Assembly (NCBI GenBank): GCA_051453625.1
Contig: JBOZIK010000001.1
Location: 39,511,186 to 39,552,105, forward strand
Source of the DNA: Welwitschia mirabilis
Taxonomy: Eukaryota
DNA: 40,920 bases
Reading direction: 5' to 3'
The translations under genes were made by a program, and so were the position numbers. Below the pieces are notes generated by a model. It made no database searches, was not told the DNA's origin, and saw nothing but the letters and a program-made list of their open reading frames with translations. Shown here in pieces: positions 24,401 through 37,058 of this stretch. Within the stretch, counting starts at the first letter, position 1. Each line of letters begins with the position of its first letter.

Positions 24401-26003
24401 AAACCTTAAAAACTGTCTGAATCAACAGACTTTTCAAATTGTTAGCTTTCACACACTTGGTTCTTTTGGACTGATGTGGTACACCTCCTTTTGGAACAAA
24501 TTTAAATGGAAAGATACTAACTGAATTTGAAAATAACATCAATTTTCTAACATTACAAAATAACTTAGAATGACTTGGTTTATTACAAAAATGACATGTA
24601 ACTTTAGAAATAAAATTATTTTGTCAAGTTACCTAATTTTGCTGATTTTGTGGTCTTTGGGGGATGTAAACAGTACCTGTCTTATCATGAACCTGTTTCC
24701 GTGTTTCAAGCATCTATTTCAATTTAGCCGAACCACTAGAAAATTTATTAGCAAAATGTGTTAAGTTCTTTAACTCAAGTGCAAGCTCGGAATTTTCAAA
24801 TTTGACTATTTTGTACTTCTTTTCCATTTCCTCCTTTTTTTTGTGAGACTTTTCACAATCGTGTTTAGATCATTGATGCGCTTTGCCAATTTTTTTCATT
24901 CCATGTAAAGTTCTTGATAGGTGTCTTCAAGCTTATTCTCGTCTTCTTCAATGAGATCCAAATCATTAGGTTCAGATGGCCTAGGCAAGTTCTGTAATGA
25001 AGGCACAATTGCCATAAAAGAGAGCCTTCGATCTCCATCTGAATCTTAGCTAGAACTACTATCCTTATATTCATCTACATTGTCCCATGCAGTGAATGAA
25101 GACTTCTTTGACTTTCTTTGTTCTCCCTTATTGTTTGAACACTCATTCGCAAAGTGTCCATAGCCCTTACATGCATAACATTAGATCTCTTTTCCTTTGT
25201 CTTGGTCTTTTCTGAACTTTGAATGACCTCTTTTTGTTCCTCTACTTGGCTCACCTTATTTCTTTCCTTTGTGCAAAAATTTCTTAAATCTTCTTGCTAG
25301 TAAAGCAACATCATCATCATCAAGATCTTCATCTGATTTTTCTGACCTGAATTCTTCCTGCACACATTTTAAAGCAATACCTTTGTCTTAAAAATTTTTA
25401 ATTCATATTACTTTCTAATTCTTCAAGTGCCATCATGTCTATGTTCTTATTTTCTTCGATTACAGTGAGTTTTGGCTCAAATCATTTTGGAAGGGATATC
25501 AGCACTCTTTGAACCACTTTTGCCCCATCCATTCCTTCACCTAGGCTTGCCATGGAATTCACGATGTCAGTAAGTCTAGTTCAGAATTCCTGTAATGTCT
25601 CCTTCTTGTCCATATGAATGTCTTCGAATTTGGAAATGAGCATTTAAAGCTTGGCCTACTTGATAGTGGATGTACCTTCATGTGCTACCTTAAGGATGTC
25701 CCATGCTTCCTTTGCAGGTTCACAGTTTACAATTCATTTGAACTCGTCTGCACAAACTGCAGAAAAAAAGGCATTAAGAGCACAAGCATCTATGGTAGCT
25801 TTAGACCTATCAGTGGGAGTCCATTAGTCTCTGATTTTTGGTACTACAATGGTCTTTCCATGGCCATCATTTTTAATCAGAGTAGGCACAGTATAACCAT
25901 TATAAATGACTTCTTGAATGTCTGCATCTAGGGACCGAAGGAAGGTTCTCATATGATTTTTCCAATACACATAGTTTGACCCATCAAACATGGGTGGATG
26001 ACC
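21480..26003 (-). pseudogene. gag-pol: gag-pol of B, left copy (near-complete, frameshifted)
   Basis: GHPPMFDGSNY; zinc knuckle CYACKGYGHFANEC (~25140-25180); protease LDNGCCRHMTG; INT DDFSRY, RSDHGG, PQQNG; RT DVKSAFLNG, YGLKQAPRAWY; RH DADWAGCKDDRKSTSG. Confidence 0.95.
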
Positions 26004-26103
26004 NNNNNNNNNNNNNNNNNNNNNNNNNNNNNNNNNNNNNNNNNNNNNNNNNNNNNNNNNNNNNNNNNNNNNNNNNNNNNNNNNNNNNNNNNNNNNNNNN
26101 NNN

Positions 26104-26780
26104 TAAATGATAAACAACATTTTGATCATGAATTATTTAATAACCATTAGAGATAACAAAAATTATAGTTCATTATGAAATAGATGTGCACTTAAAAATG
26201 TGAGACAGAGATGATACTAACATGCATTTCTATTATTGAAAGTTGAACATTACAATAAAAAGCGCTCATCAAAAGCAAATACAACTGAAAGTAGCATGAA
26301 CAACTAACTAATTCTCCCCCTTTTGACATCAGTAACAAAGGAAAAAAACACAAGCGTGAAAATTTCATTAAAACATAAGCACAGAAAGAGGATCTATCAG
26401 ATTTCTTAGCTTCTTCCTCTGATTCTTCTTTAGAATTTTCTTCTTCTTCCTCTTCCTCTTCTTCGGCAGCCTTCTGGGCTAAGCTTTCAGCTTCCTTTGA
26501 AGTGTCTGCAATCTCATACCCAGCTGCAATTAGAGTTTCTTTCATATGCCTGGTACAAAAGTATATTCGTCTGAAGTATGAAAGAGTCTCCTCTGGTGAG
26601 GCTTGCTTGGGAGAAGGAGATTTAGAGGATTTCTTAGGACCTGCAAAGATATGTATGCGAGACAACGTCATACGCTCAATGGCTGATATGGGGTTAAGGG
26701 TTTCTAGCTTTGGGTGAAACTAGACTCTATAGTGACAACAGATGTTGGTAATCAATACGGAGTATGGTAGAGCCCTAGTT
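26104..26780 (-). pseudogene. Second copy of the B env-like C-terminus and 3' UTR, including the upstream PPT
   Basis: Colinear with ~19760-20430 (HIFAG, ETLSY, LIAAGYEIADTS, poly-E). TTCTCCCCCTTTTG at ~26312. Confidence 0.92.
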
Positions 26781-29700
26781 CTAGAATGTTGAACAGGATT
26801 TTTAGAAATATTTTTTTTACTAGTGTTATCATAGAAAATAGGAACCTATTCAAAAACTATACCAAAGTCCTTTAGTATTTCCTTCATCCAAAAAAGATGA
26901 GCACAACAACTTCCTGCTGCAATATACTCGGCTTTTGCTGTTGAAAGGGAGATCGAGTTTTGCTTTTTACTAGCCCATTCCACTAAACACGATCCTAATA
27001 GAAAACAATTACCACTTGTACTTTTTCTATCATCCTTACACCTAGCATAATCTGCATCACTAAATCCTACAAGATCAAAAGATCTCTCTATAGGATACCA
27101 CAATCCAAAATCACATGTGCCTTTTATATATCTTATTATTCTTTTAACTGCTTGTAAGTGTGATTCTTCCGGTTGGGTTTGGTATCTTGCACACACACCC
27201 CAACATTAAACATAATATCAGGTCTACTTGCAGTTAGATATAACAAACTTTCTATCATACTCCTATAAAGCTTCAGATCTACTGATTTTTTATCTTCATC
27301 TAGACTGACTTTACAAGAGGTTGACATAGGTGTGTCAGTTGTTTTAGCATTTTTCAATCTAAATTGTTTGATCAAATCCTTTGCATACTTAGATTGAGAG
27401 ATAACAATCCCATTCTTTGATTGCTTCATCTATAAGCCAAAAAATTTTTAACTTCACCAAGCATGCTTATCTCAAAATGTGTTGTCATGATATTTGCAAA
27501 TTCTTTTGATAAAACTTCATTAGAGGCATCAAAAATGATATCATCTATATAAATTTGTATAATGATAAAATTCTTTTTTAGGTTCTTAACAAACAATGTT
27601 TTATCTACTGTTCCATAGGTATAACCATTTTCATTTAGAAATGTAGCTAGCTTTTCATACAAAGCTCTTGGAGCTTACTTTAACCCATACAAATCCTTCT
27701 TAAGTCTATACACATAATCAGATTTGTGAGGATCTACAAAACCTTGTGGTTGTTTTATATACACTTCTTCATTTAGAGTTCCATTTAAAAAAGCACTTTT
27801 TACATCCATTTGATACACTTTGACATTCTTAAAGGCTGTGTAAGATAAAAACATTCTAATGCTATCAAGCTTTGCAACTGGAACAAACATGTCACCTACA
27901 TTAATGCCTTCAATTTGATTATATCTTTGTGTCACTAATCTTGCTTTGTTTTTAATAGCATTGTTTTCCTCATCACATTTATTCTTAAAGATCCACTTAG
28001 TCCCAATAACCTTTTTGTTCCATGGTTTTTTGACAAGCTTCCATCCATCATTTCTTTTAAATTATTGTAACTTATCTTGTATGGCCATCATCCATTCTTC
28101 ATGGGATTTTGCTTCTTCAAACTTCTAAGGTTCAATTTACGAGCCATAACAAATGTGGGAACAAAAATTTTTCATAGAGTTCCTTGCCCTTATCTTTGAG
28201 CTAACCTCTCCAATAATAGACTCTAAAAAGTGATCTTTTAGCTGTTTAAACTTTTTAATAGTGCCTTCTTTTATAAGAGCTTCTTCTTTTTTCAGTAAAA
28301 ATTTCTTTTGTTATGGGGGTTCTTGGAGATATGTTTTCTTCATCCTTGGAAGGGATAGATTTTGTGCTAACATCATCTATTTGCACATTTATTGATTCTT
28401 CCATAGTTAAGCTTTTCTTGTTGAAAACACCATAAGCTTTCCTTTTAGTTGAATATCCTAAAAATATTGCTTCATCAGCCTTAGATTCAAATTTGCTTAG
28501 TTGTTCTTTATCCGTTAACACATAGCACTTACTCCAGAAGACTTTAAAATAAGAAACGTTTGGTTGTCTTCCTTCTATAACTCATAAGGAATTTTGCCCA
28601 TTCCAGGTCTAAGGTAAACTCTGTTTATGATATAACACGTAGTGCTATTAGCTTCAGCCCCAAAAGATTTTAGAACCTCCTTGTCATTCAACATTGTTCT
28701 TGCCATTTCTTGAAAGAATCTATTTTTCTTTTAGCAATTCCATTTTGTTGAGGTGTTTTAGGGGTAGAGAATTGGTTATCAATATCATTGTTAATACAAT
28801 ACTTTTCAAATAAATGATTTTCAAACTCACCACCATGATCGCTTCTTATTTTGTTTATGGTATAGCCTTTCTCGTTTTGAATTTTGTTGCATATTTTTAT
28901 TCAATGTTTATATATTTAAGATTTGTTTGTAAGAAAGGCAACCCATGTATATCTTAAGAAATCATCAACCATGATTAGAAAATAGTGTTTACTTCCCAAA
29001 CTTTGAGTTTGAGCTAGTCCTACCAAGTCCATATGAAGAAGTTTTAAAGGCATGATTGTGGAAACTTGGTTTTTACTTTTGTGTAATATTCTTATTTGTT
29101 TTCCTTTTTTGCATGCATCACAAAGCCCATGTTTTTTAACATTTATTTTTAGAATACCTTTGACAATTTGTTTTCTAATAATTTATTTAAAATGATCATA
29201 ATTAATATGACCTAGATATTTATGCCAAAGCTCCTTTTGATTAACATAAGAAAAATAACGAGCAAAAAATTATTGATCAATGCTATAAACATTATCTATT
29301 CTATTTGCTTTGAGAATAATATCATTTGTTTTGCCATGTCTAACTTCACATTTAGTACTATAAAAAACAACCTTATGACCTTTGTCACAAATTTGACTAA
29401 TACGAACTAAATTATGCTTCAAGCCATTCACATACAAAACTTCATTTATTTTGCGTAAGTTACCTTCACCCATGATTCCGATTCCTTCAATTTTGGCTCT
29501 TTCATTATCACCGAAAGTAACTTCTCCTCCATCAAAGTCATTCAGCTGTTTGAATCTAGACTTGTCTCTCATCATATGTTGAGAGCAGCCATTGTCCGAA
29601 TACCAACTAACTCCATTTAAAACCTTGAAAGTTGTTTGAATCAAAAGACTTTTTAAATCATTAGCTTTCACCCACTTAGCCCTTTTGGAACCACAATGGT

Positions 29701-29870
29701 ATTACCATGGGCATTAGTTTTAGTCAGAGCAGGAATAATATATCCATTGTAAATGACCTCTTCCATGTCCGCATCTAGGGATCTAAGAAATATTTTCATA
29801 TGGGCTTTTCAATACGCATACTTGGATCCATCAAACAGGGGTGGACAACCAATGGAAAAAACCATCTAAA
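26781..29870 (-). pseudogene. gag-pol: gag-pol of B, right copy; most of gag and the RH C-terminus are deleted
   Basis: gag N-terminus (PPLFDGSKY) fused to PR (WYSDNGCSQHM), INT, RT (YIDDIIF, DVKSAFLNG) and RH (DADYARCKDDRKSTSG). Confidence 0.93.
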
Positions 29871-29926
29871 GGGTTATTCATTTTTGGGTTTTAGAGTTTA
29901 GACCTGTGAGGATCTAAAACAGACTT

Positions 29927-29944
29927 AACCAAGCTTTGATACCA
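29927..29944 (-). promoter_or_regulatory. PBS (tRNA-iMet) of B
   Basis: TGGTATCAAAGCTTGGTT, 2 nt inside the 5' LTR boundary. Confidence 0.9.
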
Positions 29945-29946
29945 AA

Positions 29947-31276
29947 TGTAGGATCGAGAACCCTAAAGGAGGGGTGAATAGGATTAAAAACTTAATCAAA
30001 TAACTTTACAAAAATTAACTTACTTGAAATGAACACTCAAAAATTGTGTAAATAAAACTAAATTTATTCTAAAAAACTAAAGAATAGAAAGCACAAAAAT
30101 ACCAAAGAGGAGGCACACAAGTTTTATAGTGGTTTAGGAAACCCCTTAGTCCACTCTTGACGATCAGCTTCTATTCAAGCTTGATCTAAATATCCGTTTA
30201 TCTCTTTCTAGGTATTTCAGGTTTACTTATAACCTTTACAAATAGACAGGTCTAAGGCTTAGTCTCAACCTTTTGTAAGAAAGCAAAGCGGTGACAATGG
30301 TGTATTGAAATGCATAGGTTTCGTCTGATCTTTGGCTTAAGAATAGTAGTGCTACACTATTTGAGGAGGTGGTACAATCTGAATGCATATAATGCAACTG
30401 ATTTAATGAATTATTCAAAGATAACAATAGTTCTTAGTACGTATTTTGATTAGGTAGAATATGCCAATGAGTATAATGATTGATTTCAAAAAGATTCAAA
30501 ATGTGGTACAATGATTTTGACTCTTGACAAATATATAGTAGAAGGCTGTTAGGGTTTTTACAAGTAAAATACTTCCAACGGACATAAACAGACTCATAAC
30601 AGCTAAAAAAAATCTCGTTTCCATCATGACCGGTTGACCCCTTAAAGTTTGGTTGCCCCATCTGGTGCCGTCACTGAAGTTGATCGCCCTCATATTGTTT
30701 TGATCGATCCTTGTTTCTTATAGCTCCATGTCCTATCGATCCTAAGGGTCTAGTCGACCGCTTATTCGGTTGCCTGCATATTCATCTAATCGCCCCCTTG
30801 GTCAAAAAAAGTTACAACACTACTTTCCGTTCCAGGTTTAGTTGACCTCATAAAAGTTTAGTCGACCCCTTGCTAACAAAGGATGAATGCCACTACAGGT
30901 CCAATTAACCCCTTAGGAATCCAATCAGTCCCTTGATGATTGGCTATAAAGTATTGGATGCACAGGTCTAGTAGATCCCTTAGGAATCCAGTCGACCTTT
31001 TGATGATCAGTTAAGAAGTATTAGATGTATAGGTCTAGTCGACCCCTTAGGAATCCAGTTCAGTTTATTTTAGTGTAAGCTTTAGGTGCGGTCGACTCCT
31101 TAGAAATCTGGTCAGCCCCTCAGAAGGGTATAAAATTGACAATTTTAAGTTCAAATTGTGATAAATTGTTTCAACTTCTGACCTACAATGATTAATATTT
31201 TTTGTATAAGATACAACATCTTTTACTAAACAGAAAATATTAGTTTGATATCAAATTGACAAATAATAACTCAACA
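29947..31276 (-). repeat. 5' LTR of B (1330 bp)
   Basis: Colinear with 18257-19539 (16 mismatches in a 150-bp hand-aligned sample). Confidence 0.95.
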
Positions 31277-34200
31277 CTCTTGAATGTGCTTTGATTGACA
31301 AATGAAGATTCTAATTAAAATTTACTTAATCTGAAGTCCTAGAAAAAAATTGAGCTCTTCTATAAGACTCATTTCAAATTTATTTTGCATTAATTAAGTA
31401 AAATCTAAGGCAAAAGACTCTTTTGTAATCCAAACACAATATCATCAACATATATCTAAACAATGAGTATATCTTTCTTGTTGTTTTTGATGAATAAAGT
31501 GGGATCAATATTTCTTTTTGCAAAGTTGTTTGAGATCAGAAATGAGTTGAGCCTATTAAATCAAGCTCTTGGAGCTTGTTTTTGACCATGTAATGCCTTG
31601 TTCAACTTAAAAACATGACTAGAAAACCTTGAATCTATAAATCCAAATGGTTAAGCAACATAAACTTCATTATTATGAAAACTTGCAAAGGCTAATAGCA
31701 TTCTAATTGCCTTCAACTTGACCATTAGAGTAGTTTCACCATAATTGATGCCTTTTTGTTGACTATTTATTTGAGCTACTAATCTAGATTTATTATGAAT
31801 TATATTGTGATGATCATCCTTCTTATTTTTAAATACCCATTTTGTTCCAGTTATGTGTTTTCCATTGAGAGCAAAAACAAGATTCCAAACTTTGTTTCAT
31901 TCAAACTAGTTAAGTTCTTGTTGCATTGCTAACATTCAAGCAACATCATGCTCTGCCTCTCTTGGAAAGTTTTAAGTTTTAGAGAAGAGACAAAATACAA
32001 GAAACTATTACTTATAATTTTTCCTCTTCTAGTGATTGTCTCTTAATTTAGGTTATAATGTTATCTTGAGGGTGATCTTCTTTAGTTCTAAGAGGATAAG
32101 ATAAGCACTTTTTTGTATTGCTTGTTTCACTTGAACTTGAAGGAGTATTATGACTTGAGTGAGCAGAAGGAATGATTTCATCATCATTTCTAATCTCTTT
32201 AGGAGTATCATCTTTGATACCTTCCACTTTTACATGAAGAAATTCCTCAACTTTGGATGAGGACTTGTTGTACACTCGATAAGCATTATTGGCTATTGAG
32301 TAGCCACAAAAATTCCCTTCATCAGCTTTAGATTCAAGTTTACTTGCTGTCCTTTTAGCATTCAAAATTAAACATTTAATACCAAACACTTTGAAGTAAC
32401 TAATTCTAGGCTTTCTTCCACTGCATAATCCGTAAGCAATTTTACTTATTCCTATATGTAAGAAGACTCTATTAGTTATGTAACATGTAGTGATTACAAC
32501 TTCAACCCAAAAATGTTGTGACAGTTCTTCTTCATTTAGCATTGTTCTTGTCATCTCAATGAGAAATCTATTATTTTGTTTAGCAACTCCATTTTGTTCA
32601 GTCATCCTAGGAGCTAATAATCAATGAAATATTCTATTTGAATTACAATATCTTTCAAAGTTTTTATTTACAAACAATCCTCCTTTGTCTGATCTAATCA
32701 TTTTAATAGTGTACCCTTTTTCATTTTGAATTCTTTTATACACTTTGACAAACATTTCAAATGCATCATCCTTATTAAAGAGAAATGAAATCCACTAATA
32801 CCTTAAAAAATCATCCATCATGATAAGGAAATATTTTCTTCCTATAGTACTTCATGTTTGAATTGGTCTCACTAAATCCATGTGAATTAGATCTAATAGT
32901 CTAACATAAGTTGTCTCCATTTTACTTTTGAAAGAGGACTTATTGAGTTTATCTTTTATACAAGAATTGCAAATGTTGGCTTGAGAAACATCTAGCTTAG
33001 GAACTCCTATTACTATTTCTTTAGTGGAGATATTCTTAAGATCCTTGAGATTCATATGGCAAAATCTCCTATGACAAAGGTTTACTTCTTTATCTTTTTC
33101 TCTACCGTTTGCAAAATCTATTAGAATTGGGGTCAAGTTTTATAACTATAAAATAACCAATCTAGATTGACTTTTATTAAAGGAACATAAGATTCTATTG
33201 CTAAACTTTAGACCAAATAGGATCAATTAATTTCTCAGGACCTATCAGTAAAATCCCTTTGGAAAGGGATGGTCTTAAAACTAAAGGAGTTTTTCTAGCT
33301 TAAAATAATATGTGTTGATTAGATTTGGCAATATTATGATAAAAATCAAGGAAGAGTCCTTTTCTGCTAAACAAAATGCATCAAACTTGTAATTCATTAG
33401 GTCTTTTTGAAAAATGTCAGCTAAATATCATTAATATATAGAGCTAGGGTCATATAACATCTTTCTCCTTGTTTTTCATCACAACCCAACACATATTACA
33501 CTTGTACCTACTACTTGTAAGGATAATACTATTAAAGGAAGCATTTTGAACAACACATTTGTTTTTTTAGAATGACACAACATTTTCTTTATTACATATT
33601 TAAGATATACTAAACAAGTCATGCTTGAACCAACCTACTAGATACAAATTATTTATAGTTAGATGATTTCTATTAACTATGATGGACCCTTTACCAATTA
33701 TATTGTTACCAAAGATTACCTCACCACCATCATATTCTTGAAATGAAGTGAGAAGACTCTTATTGTTAGTGATGTCCTTAGAATAACCACTATGAAGGTA
33801 CCACTTGACATTTCTTAAACTCTAAATGCAGCATGGACAAATAAAGATATAGAAGTGTTTTTTGTTTTTTCTCACCCATTACAAGTTGCTTTTCTTAATT
33901 TGATGGTTGGCATACTTCTTAATGAATCTTACATTGTTGTTGAACTTAAAATAAAACAATTTTTTGTAGGAATAGGAGAATTGAATGTGTCCAAATTTGT
34001 TACAATGATGGCATCTGAAACTTACTTGAATGAAGGATTGATATTTGATGCTTGGAGTGAAGTCTATATGGGAAGGTATCAAGCTATTGAAACTTCCTAC
34101 TCCAGACTTATCATATGGATTACATCTAATGCCTAACATTTTATTGAAGTTGTTTTTTCCTTGCATTAAGTAATAAGCAATAAATTTTGCATCTTTAAGA

Positions 34201-35490
34201 TCTTTTGTTAATGATTTTATTTTGGTGTTGAATTTTTTTATCTCACTTTTTAGGTCTTTTATAGTTTTCTTATAAATAGAGTTTTTCTTACTTAGGTCTA
34301 TATTAAGCACATACAATTTTTTATAAGCATTCAATAATTCATCGTATTCTAAATTGAGATCATCACAATTTTAAACGTCAGTTTCAAACGAATTATGTTC
34401 ATTTTTTGAAGAAGAGAAAATGGCACTAAAACAACAATGAGTTGGGGTACTTACCTCATCTGCTACCACAAGTAGTCCAAAGTCCATGACTCATTCTTCA
34501 TCACTTGAGCTTGCATTTTCTCTATCTGAGTCATCATCCTATGTTTCCTTTAGCACCTTCTTTGCTTTTTCTTTTGTCTTTTTGTCCTTTTTGTTTACAC
34601 ATTCTAAAGCTACATGACAAAAACCTTAACATTCATAACACTGAATAGATGAAGAATTTTTACCTTTAGTACTTCCATGATTGAATGGTCTCCTTGCATT
34701 CCTTTCTTCTTTCCTTTTTCTTGAGGAATCATTTAAAGTTTCTTGTTAATAAGGTGAGGTCTAGATCTTCTTCATCAGCACCTAAGGGATTTTTATATTC
34801 TTCTTTACATGCTTTAATGGCTACACTTCTATTCTTTGATACTTCATTCTTGGGTAAAATTATTGCTTCGTATGCCATTGGAGAATCTTTTAGCTCCTCT
34901 ATTCTCATTTAATCAATATCCTTGTTTTCTTCAATAACTCTAATGTTTGGTCTAAATTTTAGAGTTAAGCCTCTAAGAGTTTTTAGAACCACTCTATTAT
35001 AAGGCACCCTTTCTTTAAGACCCCACATACCATTGACTATGTTACTAATTTTGGATGTGTATTTAGAAACAGATTCAGACTCCTCCATCCTAATATTCTC
35101 AAACTTAGTAGTAATAAGTTATAGCTTTGTGGTTTTTACCATGTTCTTTCCTTCATTAGCAATCCTAAGAGTTTCCAACATGTCTTTTGCTGTAGTGCAC
35201 TGGACTACTCTTTCATATTCCTTGGTAAATAAGACATAGATGATAGCATTTATTACCAATGCATTGAGTTGGGTCTTCCATTTGTTGTCAAGATGTCATC
35301 CACTTCTGGGTTTCAAGGTAGTTTTGCCATCATTATCTAATGTTGCAGGAAGTTGATATCCATTCAAGATTGTTTGCTAGATGTCTGGATCAAGAGAGGT
35401 AAAAAAAATCATTATCTTAACCTTTAATGAGTATAATTTATTCTATTGAAGAATGACAATCTGGTAATAGCCTAACCTTCTAGAGATCTT
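31277..35490 (-). pseudogene. gag-pol: Element A gag-PR-INT-RT N-terminal part
   Basis: Zinc knuckle CYEC*GFCHVALEC (~34605-34645), PR WYLHSGYS (~33800), INT LIHMDLV and EQNGVA, RT TKWVFKNK, QKQAPRA and YVDDIVFG (~31440). Confidence 0.9.
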
Positions 35491-35554
35491 TCAAAGCTTG
35501 AGGATAGCATGAACTTTAGGCCTGAAAACATAGATAACCAAATAAATCTAGAGC

Positions 35555-35572
35555 AACCAAGCTCTGTTACCA
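35555..35572 (-). promoter_or_regulatory. PBS (tRNA-iMet) of A
   Basis: TGGTAACAGAGCTTGGTT, one mismatch to TGGTATCAGAGC, adjacent to the 5' LTR. Confidence 0.88.
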
Positions 35573-35574
35573 AT

Positions 35575-36678
35575 TGTTAGGATCAGAATGGCATCCTAGA
35601 GGAGGGGTGAAGAGGGTATTGTTAATATTTAGCAAAATTACCTAAATCTTGAATTAATAATAATCTTAAGAAATTAAACAAGATCAATAAAAATGAAAGC
35701 ACAAATAGAGAAGTGCACCATAGTTTTATAATGGTTCAACAAAAGTGCCTACTTCATTCTCATGGGGTAGCAACGGCCTTCAGCCTCTTAATTCCCTTAT
35801 TTTTTTAAAAAACTTATAACACCCTTCTCCTCAATGGTCTTCAGTACTTTTATCATCCTTCTTAAGGGTCTTGATGCTTTTACAACAAGCTCTCAAAAAG
35901 AACAATAGAATCACTTTCATTTGATATAGTTTCTGATAGAATGTATGCCTAAATTAGATTAATCATTAGCTTGTACAAACAAATTCTCTTTAAGGAGCTA
36001 ATGCCTCAATAATGTACATGATTATTAAATAAACCAGATAATACATAGGAAAGCACAGTGTATGCAAAGTATGAAATTTTTTTCTCAAATATAAGAAGTA
36101 TATTGTTCATAGATAAGGTGCTCTTTTATACATCATGACATTAAAAAAAAGCTGTTGTAGTCTCATGTAGAGTGCCCTTGGTTTTACCTAATGTGCTAGA
36201 GGAATATTTGGATTGTTTTCTCCATGAATTGCCAAATTTGATACTTCCAATGGTCAAACTGCTACCTCAATGTTTGTCAGCCCGAATTCCCATTTCAAAA
36301 ACCCAGATGTCTTGATTTTAACCATGGTCTTTATCCAAACTAAGAAGGGAATCAAACATCTTGATTCAAAGAGCCAGACATCCTTTCTTACATAAATCTG
36401 ATAGAGGCTCAAACATCTCAAGAAGATAAGGTGGATGCCCCAATGTATAACCATTACAAATAAGCATAGACATCTTAATTATAAAAGAGGACATTCTAGT
36501 CATAAAAACTAAACATAGGTCTGGACATCCTAAGAAGAATAGGTGGACATCCTCATGTGAAACTCTGTGCATAGGTTCGGATGTTCTGAACAATAAGGGC
36601 TGATGTCCCAAGATGTTTCTTAACTCATTTTAGGTTGTAAGAAACTCAAGATCAACATTGAAATGCATTTTTGTAATA
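35575..36678 (-). repeat. 5' LTR of element A
   Basis: Starts TGTTAGGATCAGAATGGCA on +. Its end aligns with 15461-15489. Confidence 0.92.
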
Positions 36679-36989
36679 GGAATAGGGTTAGAGCATGGGC
36701 TAGGCCTAGTGGATAATACTTCAGAAGTACTAAGGTAGGCTCAAAAAAGAAGAAGAAGAAGATAAGGAGGAGGAATAAGAAGAAGAAAAGAAAATAGAAG
36801 GTAGAGGGTAAGGAATAGGAGGAGGTATCTTCAGATTGTTCCAAGGTATTAGGTGAAAGTTATGGAATAGGTCTTAGGTATAGGATTACAGGTTCTAGTC
36901 AAATCTTCTACCAAGGTTGTAATTAAGTAAGCTTAGTTCTTCAAAAAGAGGGAACAAGAAAGGGTACATCAAGGGAGTGTTCTTCTCCA

Positions 36990-37001
36990 TTAAAGATGAA
37001 G

Positions 37002-37058
<57 letters not shown>

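Larger units (their letters stand above)
18257..31276 (-). mobile_element. Sirevirus family B insertion with a tandem double internal domain
   Basis: LTRs 18257-19539 and 29947-31276 with TG...CA ends. Perfect TSD CTCTT at 18252-18256 and 31277-31281. A's RT resumes on both sides. Confidence 0.95.
14428..36678 (-). mobile_element. Full-length degenerate Sirevirus element A, with element B nested in its RT
   Basis: Paired LTRs 14428-15489 and 35575-36678, PBS, PPT, gag-PR-INT-RT-RH-env order, and TSD GGAAC (14423-14427) / GGAAT (36679-36683). Confidence 0.92.

Noticed and set aside
16840..25931. Plus-strand ORFs such as 16840-17142, 20573-20824, 21706-22053 and 25614-25931
   Set aside because: Antisense shadows of minus-strand retrotransposon coding sequence.
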